Assembly: GCA_001642005.1 (NCBI GenBank)
Contig: LWCA01000249.1
Coordinates: 1-37,133 of the forward strand
DNA: 37,133 bases
Direction: 5' to 3'
Origin: Intoshia linei
Lineage: Eukaryota > Animalia > Orthonectida
The position numbers were made by a program, and so were the translations under genes. Shown piece by piece: positions 1-11,600 of the stretch. The notes beneath the pieces are model-generated. The model saw nothing but the letters and a program-made list of their open reading frames with translations, ran no database searches and was not told the origin of the DNA. Position 1 is the stretch's first letter. The number at the start of each line of letters is the position of its first letter.

Positions 1-686
1 TGCCTTTATAGCATAAAAATGCATTACCTAGAATGTCATTTAGATTTCTTTGCGATAAACTACGGTATGTGGTCAGACGAAAAGGTGAAAAATTTCATCA
101 AACTATGATGTTATATGAAATATATTTCGAAAGATGTAGATCATTAAATATGATTTGTGATTTTGTTTGGTGGTGTTCAATAAAAAATAAATTTTAAATT
201 TATCTAATTATTATTTTTTTTATGAAATATTTTTAATTGATACCTTCTTATATCTTCATTTTTGAAATTTATGTCTATCACTTACATTTTTGATATTGAA
301 CAAGATTCGTCTATCGGTAACCCGAAAAAGTAGATTTTACGTGTAATGTAAGTAGTGCATCCAGAAAAGTTTTATTTCATATAGTTTGTCAATGTTGCCT
401 TAAAATTAGAGTTAATTAATTAAGGTAATTAAATCATTAATGACAATTTTTTATATACATATGTATACGTATATGTCTATTTATCAATTTTACCATTTGT
501 AATATCAAATATTAATTGTAAATAAACATCACGGTGGAGTGTACTTCTTTAAAAAAAACTTTGACCCTTAATTAAATTCAAAGTCGATTTTGAAATTAAT
601 AAGTTTTTTTTAAAAATAGATGTATACTGGTTCACTTACATATAACAAAAGTTTCGGTCAGTTTGTCGAAATTTTGTTGGACAGTG
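1..686 (+). mobile_element. 3' end of a decayed Chapaev3-like (CMC) DNA transposon with frameshifted transposase C-terminus
   Basis: 1-198 translates CLYSIKMHYLECHLDFFAINYGMWSDEK/(frameshift ~84)/EKFHQTMM...MICDFVWW. This matches the remembered motif SLKxHFLHSHLDFFPxNLGxxSDEQGERFHQ...MLADYCW. A putative right end ...AATTTTGTTGGACAGTG (686) is followed by TTA, a TWA-type TSD. Confidence 0.7.
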
Positions 687-854
687 TTATAGATGTAGAT
701 GTGCAATGCACATTGTGCATGTAACAAAAGGCCTCAAGTCACATGATCAATTTTTCATGTAATGACATGTTATGCGCCATCTATATTGTTTTAATAAATT
801 AAAATTTTTTTCAGTTATTTTACAAAACATTAATTAAAAGTTTTTTTAAAAAAA

Positions 855-968
855 TTTAGGGGTGCAACTGCATCTTTTGCACCACTTGAATCCGCCTCTA
901 CATATGGGTAATGTTAAATTTCATTACTAGTGTTGTAGAAAGGTTGGAAAACATTGCTCTAAACTAAA
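855..968. mobile_element. Two hAT-type MITE right-end remnants
   Basis: GGGGTGCAACTGCA...GAATCCGCCTCTA (~859-900), and AGGTTGGAAAACATTG followed by CTCTAAAC (941-964), which resembles the Charlie/Buster ends seen elsewhere in the window. Confidence 0.35.
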
Positions 969-1429
969 GCGTTTAATATAAAATTTGATAATTAATAATT
1001 TTTTTAAATGTTTTTTATATAAATTTTAAGTGATTTTAAACATAAAAAACAACCAAAATAAATAACGATAAAGTGTGAAACTGTTAATTAACTATAATTA
1101 AAAAATAATAGGTTTCCATTGAATAGTTTTCCCTGCACCCTGTGAGAAACTGTGTGACAGCCATTGGAGGACATACATGTAATGTTAATAACGGAATTTA
1201 TGTAAATTTTATAAAAAGTGACGTCTAATAATTAAAATTATTACTTATTATCATTATGATGAATTATAATTATAATTCATCAGTTTTAAACAGTGTATGT
1301 TTAATATCTAACCATCTTATCATATTATTATGATTATTAGCATTTTGTAAAATAAAGTAATGTAAAATTTTTCATACCTGTCCGCACACCGATTTTCGGA
1401 AGCAATATAATTTTAATTATTAATCAAAC

Positions 1430-2112
1430 CTTTAATATAATCAAAATTTTTGCATTTTATTAAATATACAGGTACATTTGGATAATTTTTTTTGATAACA
1501 TCAATAATATTCTTGTTAAAATTGTTATGAAATGAATTTGGTATTAAAACCTATAAAAATTTAATGTTTATCTTAAAAAATGTACTTCTTTAGGTGTATA
1601 TTGATTAAATTTTGTTAATAAATTTAAATAATCGCTATCGCATTTCAATTCAAACAGATACACATACATTGAACGTAAATTGATGGCACAAAGGGACAGA
1701 GAATTTTCCAACAATCGTCCACTTTTAATTGCTACAAACTCAAAAATGTCAATTCACTTTTATTATATTATATATTGAAATTGCATTTTAATCTTACCAA
1801 CAGTATAAACTTGACTATGCGGACTCAAAAAACCTCCAGGAGTTCTAGATGTCAATGATGCAGCTTTAGAAACTGTTTTTGGAGTTCTACATTAAATATA
1901 TTAAATATAATTTAAAATTTATTAATAATGTATACTGATTAATTATAAATTACTCGTCAACATATTTTTTTAACAAATCCATTAGAAATTAAAATTTGAT
2001 GAAATTATTTATAGATAATGTGATAAGAATATTACCTGTATACTAAATATTTGAAAATTACATAATTGGCGCAATTTAATATAATTAGCAACACAATAAA
2101 CAAAATAATCAT
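1430..2112 (-). CDS. MSH4: MutS homolog 4, 5' portion (low-complexity N-terminus plus connector domain); remainder off-window or lost
   Basis: Exons 1886-1798, 1731-1586 and 1550-1430 (GT-AG) splice to TPKTVSKAASLTSRTPGG...VYTVAIKSGRLLENSLSLCAINLRSMYVYLFELKCDSDYLNLLTKFNQYTPKEVLIPNS...IIDVIKKNYPNVPVYLIKCKNFDYIKG. This is colinear with MSH4 VIVAVVEGRG...IGMASIDLK...[21 protein letters not shown]...LITENFKNV...KYFNETKG. First exon (2112-2036) is tentative. Confidence 0.72.
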
Positions 2113-2231
2113 ATTCAAGTCTACAATGAATATGTGATCTCCAATGGTGTGGAAACAATGATACATACAAATAACTCACCTACAACATTTATTTAATTCG
2201 AATTCATTTACATTTCTAAATTTTGCATAAA

Positions 2232-2634
2232 ATGGCGAATGTGGAAGTCAAAATGATTCCTATTAGTATGAAGCGTCCCAAAGTCTGGAATGATGATGTC
2301 GAAGAAGCTTATCGGTTTCAATTGGCGGGTTATAGAGATTCGTACGAATATACACACTTTAATAATGGAATCGATGTATGTTTGTTTTCACAATTTTTAA
2401 ATTTTAAAATTTTAAAATTATATTCACGTCAGTCAATTGTCAATTATGTTAACGTAATTTAGGTTGACCGATGGCAGCACAATGGATATGTGAAAAAATT
2501 AGTTCGAAAAGGTTTGTTTAATTTCAATCATTTGTACAACCTTTTGTGTAGATGGAAAATTTTATTACTATAATCGAGAACGAGAATGTCAAGACAAGGA
2601 TGTTCATCAAACAAAAATTTACATATATAATTAA
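2232..2634 (+). CDS. MEIG1: Meiosis-expressed gene 1 protein (91 aa), 3 exons
   Basis: Exons 2232-2375, 2463-2511 and 2552-2634 give [40 protein letters not shown]...[43 protein letters not shown]. Matches the MEIG1 motifs YRFQxAGYRD, VDRW..GYVKKL and FYYYN..REC.DK.VH. Confidence 0.95.
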
Positions 2635-2637
2635 ATT

Positions 2638-5600
2638 TTAATTTAAAGGTTTTCGAATAAATTGTTCAAAGCCTTTGAAAACTTGCATATTCAAATCAAA
2701 GTCCTTTGGACGGTTTTCTTGGGTAATAAATTTTTTAGTCATATTTTTAGCCAAATAATCAATTATTATGGTAGATTCTTTAAGCAATTCTATTCTGCTC
2801 ATATTCAAATGCTTTATGTAACTAGAGCTTTTCGGGTTAGTAGCTATTAAAAATATTAACAAATTTCGACAACGAAAAACCTTTCATATGACAAGCCAAA
2901 TAGAAAATTGCAGATTCTTTCACACTTAGGAACGGACGTTTAGGTTTCCACTGAGCAAGAGAACTTAGAGAACAAATGAGTTGATCAGCCATAGTTTGTT
3001 CCAAATAACCGCTCATGGGTAATTTGTTTAATTTTATATTCACTGCATCAGGTGGGAGTTTGCAAGGCAGTTCCAGATTGCTGTATTTGTGTGGCTTTCT
3101 ATTTACATTGTTATACATTTCCATTTACAAATTTTACCTCATAAATTTATCCAGAGTCTGCATATTCAAAAAACTGTACACTTTTTCATTATATTTTGCT
3201 AAAATTGATTCATTCCCTTTCTTAATGTTATCATAACTAAATTAAACCGTATGTTAAAAATTTTAAGATGATAAACATATCAAAGAAAAATTTAAAAAAT
3301 TAAAATATAATATAAATTTTACCTTTTATCTCCTTCTACATATGTTACTGGACAGTAACCATTAAACATTATATTAAACTGTGTATTGGATTTTTGATTA
3401 TCTGATAAAACAACAGGTAAGAGCTTAGATATAGGCAGTGACCTTTCGTTGAATGCTGCTATGTAATATTCAGCGTTATTCAAAAATTTTATCAATTTTT
3501 CAGAATTTTCTATGCGATAGTAGTATCCTAATTAAAAATTTTAAAACTGATAACCTAATTATTTCATAATTAAAATAACATTTACAAATAATATGACAAA
3601 TTATCTAAAATTGATTCATGAATTCTGTTAGAGTGTTTGAAGAAACGGTTAAATTAAACACAATTACTTCTGAATACGACACTTTATATAATAAAGTTCT
3701 TGGTAGAGGCGTGAATGGCAAAGTTTTAATGGTCAGAAACCAAAAAACAGGAAAGGAATACGCACTCAAGGTAATTTTTGAGTTTATAAATTACTGATCC
3801 GTAGATGGCTGAACCATAATAATTTTTTTATAATTTCCATTAATTTCATTTATAAAAATACCATTTCAAAAATTTACAAATTGGAAATTATTATGCCTAT
3901 TTTTTTCATTTATCACCAAATTTTCGCGTTTAAGCGTTTTTAAACCAATATGGCACTAAGTATAATATAGATACTATAAGATAGCAAAAAATCAAGAAAC
4001 GAAGTACTTTTGCAAAAAAACCTGCGAAATAGTAATTTAATCGTCAACATAGAGGATGTATTTCTAAATTACATTCGTAGAACCAAATACATTCTGATTG
4101 TAATGGAATTGTATGATTCGTTTGACTATATAAAATTTTATTTAGATTGACGGGAGGAGAATTGTTTAAAAGGTTAACAAAAAAGAAACATTTTACTGAA
4201 AAAGGTAAAAGTTTCTAAAATGTTATTAAATTTTATATGATAGAAGCTGCTTCAATAATTAAGAAAATTGTAAAGATTTTGCAGCATTTGCACCAACATT
4301 CAATTGCACATAGATACACTTCTACAATACAATTATGTATTATTATGTGTATTAACTTATTTATTAACTTTATTAACTATGTTAATAAATCATTCTATAA
4401 TGAGTGCAGAAATTTGATAATTTAAGAATATATTCATTTAATTACACAGTTCAGCAAAAAACAACTTTTTTTGAATTTAGTTACCCTGGAAGCAGTAGCG
4501 GATCTAGGAGGGTGCAGGGGGAGGGGCTATATTTATAATTAATTTGGCTTTGAAAGGGTTAAGAGATTCAAATATCGATAAAATATTGTAAATTCGCATC
4601 ATAAATACAATTAATATTATTAAATACATATGAACACTTTTTAATGTTTTAATTAATTACTCATTGAAATTTAACTTTTAGAGACCTTAAACCTTAAAAT
4701 TTGTTATATACAGATGTAAGTGATGAAGCATCTCTGAAACTAGCTGATTTTAGATTCGCTAAATGTATTACAAATAAAAGCCAAAATACTCCATGCTATA
4801 CTCCATTTTATGTAGGTAATACTTTCAAATTTTAACCTTTTAAAATAAATTTAATTTTTCATTTAGCCCCTGAAGTTTTGTCCAAATCTCCATACGATTA
4901 TTCTTGTGATATATGGTCATTGGGTGTAATTGCATACATGATGTACGCATTTATCCTTACTTATATAATATGCTATGCAATATTTGTTTGTCTGTGTTAC
5001 GGTTTATTTCAACAATTACTAACCAGTCTTAGAATTTTATAAAGTGAACATTTCAATTACAGTTTTTTCCAGGGGTGTTAGCAAAATAAATTTCAACCTC
5101 CAAACTCACTATTTTACAGGTCAAAAAGCCCAATTATGCTTTTTTTGAAAATCAAACGAGTTTGAGAATTTAAAAAAATATATACTGTGATACGGATTTT
5201 AAAATCATAAATATTATCATAAATTTAAATTTAAAAAAATATATATTCAGGGCTAAAACCACAAATTACCCTTTATTTTAATGAAAACTGCCCTAGAATT
5301 TAAAAAAATTTCAATCCGAATAAGTGACGATTTCACGGTCAAAAAAGTATTTTATTATTCATATATTTTTTTTCCGAAATATTTTATTAAAACAAAAATG
5401 TGAAATAATTAACGGTCCCGAAAATTAAAAAAATAAAAGGATTATTCTGATACTTATTATAATTGATATAAATTTTAACTCGAGAAATCTACGCATTTCC
5501 GATGAAAAATAATTTTTAATATATTATCAACCAATATTTTTCAAATATTTCGAATTAAAATAAAAATGAAAATGCAAACTTGATCCTACAATTTCAAAAA

Positions 5601-8600
5601 TTATGTGCATTGAACGTCTACACATTTCCAATATAGAAATATGGGTGAAAATCTATATAATTCATTCCTTCACAGTTTTTTTCATTGATTTTTCAATTTC
5701 AAATTCTCATTTTCAAAACATTTTTTTCATCAAAACATCTTATACATTTTATCTATTTTATTTATGCGAGTTTTTAGGATCACACAGAATATACGAGTAT
5801 AAATTTAAGTTCAATAAAAACTTTAAGAAAAAATTCCAGTGAAGACTGGAAAATGTTTCGAGTAATTATTACCATTTTTTATTTATATGTAGTGCATGTT
5901 AGAGCCCTGCAGGGTTCTAAATTGCCCGGGTTTATCTCTTGTCGTTAATGCTCTTTTTTTAATATTTCCGACCAGAGTAAATTCTTAATGGCGACCATCT
6001 ACTGACCCGTTAAATCTTTTTACCATTCATTTTGTGCAGGATCTAGTCAATATCCCTATTGAGTAATAGTCCATTATCGGTTAACTTTTTTTAATTTATT
6101 TATTATAGTTATTTTTTTAGGAAAACATGGATATTAAATTATCAAAAATGAGACATTTTCCAGTTAAAATAAAACCAATGGATAAAATTGATAATCAAAT
6201 GTACAAAAAACAAAATAAATCACGTAATTAACCTTTATATTCCACGTCCAATTCATGTCCTTTTCTGTTTTGCAAATCCACAAGTTCATCATCATTTAGG
6301 AAACTCACTGGACAATAATTTTTATATCCACCTAACTGATTTTGAAAATCACTGGGACGTATGCAAAGACCATCAATTATGGCTGCTCGTTCTAATGAAA
6401 TAAAATGAAATATTTGAATATTGAATATTTGAATATATAAATATTTCTGCAGTCTTAACTCACGATATGCTCACTAAATTTAATTTAAACTAAACCCAAA
6501 TACATTTTTTAAATTATAATTTTTTTGTAAATAGAAATATGCCGCATTATTAATAATTATAAACATATATTAAAGTAAAATAGACCCATTAATAGTTACC
6601 GTTTTGAAGACCTTGCACATATTCTTGTATCTTTTTGATGCTATCATTGACACTTAGACTTACAGTGTTGGAAATAAACCATTTTGATTTAGATGCGTCT
6701 ACTTTTACATAGTTTTCGTGCTCTCTGATATACCACCTTCGCACATCTGAAATTTCTTTATTCCATGTTGCTAAACGTATTGCAAACATGTTGGCACTGT
6801 CATGTTTTGGGTGTTCTCTATAAAATGAATAATTCACATACAATTGAAAAGTACTTATCGTCCCTATACCGCTCAATTGTGGCTCTTTTAATGATTTCTT
6901 CAACAGGCAAATCTAATTCAAAGATTTTTCCTGGTATGATCCACCTTTCTGTAAGTAACCTGACTTGATTAAAAGTATTTGGAAAATCATCCAAAACGAA
7001 TCTAAAGTGGTTATAAATCTTGTAAGGTTATTATATATATTACTATCCTTACTTATATAATATGTTACGCTATTTTTGTTTGTGTGTGTGTTTCGCTTTA
7101 TTGAAATTATCTACTAGTCTTAAAATTTTATAAAGTCCACATTTCAATAACAGTTTTTTTCCGGGACATATAAGATAAATTTCAACCTTCCAAACTCACA
7201 TCTTATGGGTCAAATACCCCAATTATTTTTCTTTTTGATAATTAAACGAGTTGGAAAATTTCAAAAAATATATACGCTGATAAGGACTTTAAAATCATAA
7301 ACATTATCAATAATTTAAATATAAAAAAATTACATCTTCAGGGCCAAAACCACAAATTACTCTTCTTTTTTTAATGAAAACAGCCCTGGAATTTAAAAAA
7401 ATTTACAGGTGGTACAGTTGTATCATGTTAACACACACAAAAAATTTCGATCCGAATAAGTGTGACTTTACGGTTAAAACAGCATTTTAGTATTCATATA
7501 TTTTTTTCCGAAATATTTTATTAAAACAAAAAATTGTGAATAGATAACGGTCCGAAAATTAAAAAAAAAATTATTTTGATAGAGCTTATTCCAGTTAATA
7601 TAAATACAAAATTTCAACCCCAGAAATCTACCATTCATGATGAAAAATAATTTTTAATATATTAGCAACCAATATTTTTCAAATATTTAATGGTAATTTG
7701 AGGTTTTGAGGTAAATGAATACGTCAGTTTCTAATTATATTTACGATAAAACCTCACCATAGAAAAACTAACGTAGTGTTTGTGTTTGCTAAATTTTTAG
7801 GATACTTTGTTATTGAAATAAACGATAACACACACTGACACACAAGCGAAGTGTTTTATATAAGTTAAGACAGGGGCATATTTACTCTTAAGTTTTCCAG
7901 TTTTGAACATCTACCAGCATAGAGAAGGCCGAGAACAAAAAATAAAATAACAACCCTATGGTTGTGCGAATATCTTTATGATTCAGGTTTAAATAAAATT
8001 TAATTAATGAAGCATAGCAAGAATTTATTTTTTTTTAATTTTACGAATAGATTTTATTTTTATAAAAAAAAGAAGATTGGATTTTTTACCCTTAAGGACT
8101 CAATTTTGGAAAATGAAATTTGCTATACTGCATCACTCTCGAAAAACGATATTAGAAATTTTTTTAAATTCCAGAACTGTTAATTTTTTAATTGAACAGT
8201 AGCACATAAACAGACATATATTTTATATAAGTAACGAATAATTAATTGCATAATTTTGCGACATCTTAAATTAAAATTTTAAGATTCTTAACACTTAAAT
8301 CATTAATGTCATACTAAATTTGTCACTAATTAAGTTTTAAAAAAATTGCGAGATTGAATAGTATATTTTCCAAATTAAAATTTACACTCTGTAATTAAAA
8401 GGTAAAGTAAAAATTTGTTATAATTTAAAAAAAATATCACTTATATTTTAAGAAACATTATAAAAATGTAATGCAAGCCCAAACTCCATTTAATCCGTTT
8501 TTTTGTCTTGAAAAAAGTCAGAATACAGGTAGTAAATTAGTTTTCACGTGCGATCCGCCAAATTTTGAAATTTATTGACCTTTGCCTTAATTTTCTGGAA

Positions 8601-11600
8601 CAGCCGGTTGTATAATATTTTTCAAGATTATAAAATATATTTTTGCAACTACATGCATTGATGTACTATTAATGTAGTAAAAACTACATTGAAGGGTATT
8701 TATAGAATTGTAGTATACTAACTCATTATAATTTGAATTTTCTAAATTGACCTCAAAGCTTGCTATTCTAATTAACTAATTAAGTCTAGCTAACTATTTA
8801 TTTACATGAACAATTCCATTATTCAAAATAAAGAATATAGAAAAATTTAGATAAAAATACCCCTTGTTGACACAATCCATTTCAGCAACTACACGTTCTA
8901 GTGCTGCAATTTTTAAAATATCTGGAACAACTTTCCCCATTTGTAGTATATGTTTCAACTGTATATTTAAAACACTTTCTTCATTTTCATTTAAAACCTT
9001 TTTCAACACGTCTCCCATCGATAATTTGGTTATACCATACATCTTTACTATTTTTTTCACCACTAAAATATTACAGATTGAAATAATGAAAAAGGTTTTT
9101 AAAGTTTAAAAAGAATTACGAGTCGTTTTTCCAGATTTAGGTGGACCAATAACGCAAAGTTTAATGGGTACCAGAGGTCTAGAAGTGACGTCAATATGAT
9201 TGACATAAAATAATGGATTCGTCATAAAAATGTCTCTTTTTTCTAAGGATTTGAAAAAATAAATGTAATTTCTATATTCGGCAGCAATAGCGTTTTCGTC
9301 CTGATTGTTGGACTGTATATAATCGTTATTACTTAGCTATTTGGATAAATCAATACAAAAACATATTTAATTACAGAAACTGGGCACCATCGATTAAATC
9401 TAGAAATAAATTTGTATCCAGTAGAAAGCATATCATTTGCGACAGTTTCAGTTATCGAATAAACACGCTCGCAGAATGATTCACGATTTTTCAAGTATTT
9501 GGCAATTTCTTTATTAAATCTATATCGCGTAATGTGTGGTTTTCGATCTGATTCAATTGTTATGCATGGGAGCATTATTTCATTTAACCTTTCCTGTATT
9601 TCCATTATAGTATAATTTATTTTTATTAATAAACCTCAACATTGCTTATACGACTAATTTCATTCTCGTAAATTTCTTCGATATCCGTTTGAAATCTATC
9701 TCTAGCTTCTTCTTCAGTTTCTTGTTCTCCTTCATCTTCTTCAATTTCTTCCTAAGCGAAATTCAAATAATGGCATAATCCTTACTTATGTAGTATACTT
9801 CGCAGTTTTTGTTTGTGTGTGTGTTCACTTTATTCCAATAACTACCAGTCTTAGAATTTTATAAAGTCCACATTTCAATTCAACAACATTTCAATGACAT
9901 TTTTTTTCCGGGGGATATAATATGATAAATTTCAACCTCCCAAACTTACATTTTACGGGTCAAAAACCCTAATTGTCCTTTTTTGTGAAAATCAAACGAG
10001 TTAAAGAATTTAAATAAATATATACGCTGATACAGATTTTAAAATTATAAATTTAAATTTAAAAAAATTATATCTTCTTGGCAAAAACCACAAACGACCC
10101 TTTTTTAACCTAGTTTAGTATATTATTTATATAATATACAATGTATTTGGTTTTTCCAACCATTTTTAAACTATTATTTATATCAAATATTTTAAAAATA
10201 CATCAAATTCTTCTCTTAGCTGTTCTTCAATTGCTTCAATAATATTTAAACGTTCACCCTCTTCATCTATCGACTCTTCTTCTTCTTCAGATCTGTTTTC
10301 GTCCTCATTTTCGGAATTTTGGTCATTACTGTTAGTTTCTTCATTGGATTTCTAATTTATTTATATACATGACATGTATGTACAACAAGTTTTTTCTACT
10401 GAGTACAATTAATATAAGTTTCAAATGGTGAAAAATGTATAACAGTAATCATTTTTATTAGTATATAAAAATGAAACATAATGTAAGTAAATGTAATTAA
10501 TACAGCACTGTTTCTGAATCTATATTTAAGTCTTAATGAATAAAAAAATGATCTAAAAATCAATATTTTATAATTAAAAAAGCATATTAATTATACATTT
10601 ATTAATATATATATATATATATAACATTATAAAGAATTATATTATTTTAATAAAATTTTGTTTTTGGTCAAAAATGGAGGCTATACTGTATTTGTTATTA
10701 TTAATTTAATTTTACTCTTAAATTAATATATTTTACTCCGATATTTTAATTCTAAAGCAGTGGATCCAGATTGGTGTCTCTATACCCCTTGGGTCCAAAA
10801 CTATATGCCTGGAGTCCGTGAGATTCAATCAAAATATAAAAAAAATTTATCAACTTTTGTTTATTTTTATAGGAAAATATTCAATTTTAATATTTATTAC
10901 AGATGTTGGTAATTTATCCCTCAAATTACAAATTTGAATTTATGCGACTACTACATTATTATTACAAAAACACCATTTTTATTCCACCATTAATAAAATT
11001 GAATAAAAAATACCATTTCAAAACCACAGAGAAAATCGAATTTTAGCTATATTTTTTTAAAAATATGATTTTACCAAATCTTACGAGTAACATTTTCTGA
11101 ATCAAAAACCCAAAATAAAAAATCTAATTTTACTAACATTTAATGAAAAAATTACCTTTTTCTAATATTTTAGTGAAAAACACGATTATACAAACCCTCA
11201 AGGAAAATATCCTATTTTTCTGATATTTTTTTGAAAAATTAAATTTTACCAAATCTTACGAGTAACAATTTCTGAATCGAAAACCCAAAATAAAAAATCT
11301 AATTTGACTAACACTTAATGGAAAATCCCCGTTTTCTAATAATTTATTGAAAAACACAATTGTAGCAACGCTTAAGAAAAAAATCACCTTTATTCAATAT
11401 TATTTTTAAAAATATGATTTTACTAAATCTTATGATAAAAATATTTAATTTTTTCTCAAATATTTCATGTTTTTTTTGGGGTCAAAAAAAATAATATTTT
11501 GAAATGGGGTTAGTAAATTATTTGAATTGGGAACAACTGCTCAATGTCAATGTATCAGTTTCACTAAACTTGGATTTTAGCAGGTGCAGCTGTTTATAAA

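Noticed and set aside
1636-1668. 33-nt GT-AG intron in MSH4
   Set aside because: It is in frame and stop-free, and retaining it restores the length of the aligned MSH4 segment.
2080-2160. X-boxes upstream of MEIG1 (TAGCAAC, GGAAAC)
   Set aside because: Only half-sites are present; no full consensus match.
2638-3124. Separate Dpy-30-like gene from ORFs 2638-2862 and 2837-3124
   Set aside because: These are the last exons of AK9, joined by 37- and 39-nt introns.
4314-4754. A-to-I editing rescuing the kinase (AT->GT donor, AGA->GGA) through antisense pairing with AK9 pre-mRNA
   Set aside because: Editing cannot turn TAA into GAA, and the C-lobe exons are missing.
3971-4760. TAA reassigned to an amino acid (ciliate-like code), given in-frame TAAs in the kinase and MSH4
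   Set aside because: MEIG1 and AK9 terminate with TAA at their homologous ends. The kinase TAAs fall at positions expected to be different residues (Q-like and the E of DLKPEN), and they co-occur with DFR, a broken donor and truncation.
5900-6045. Small hAT-like MITE (TAGAGCCCTGCA...TGCAGGATCTA)
   Set aside because: The TIR is short and imperfect and the TSD matches only 5/8; too weak to call.
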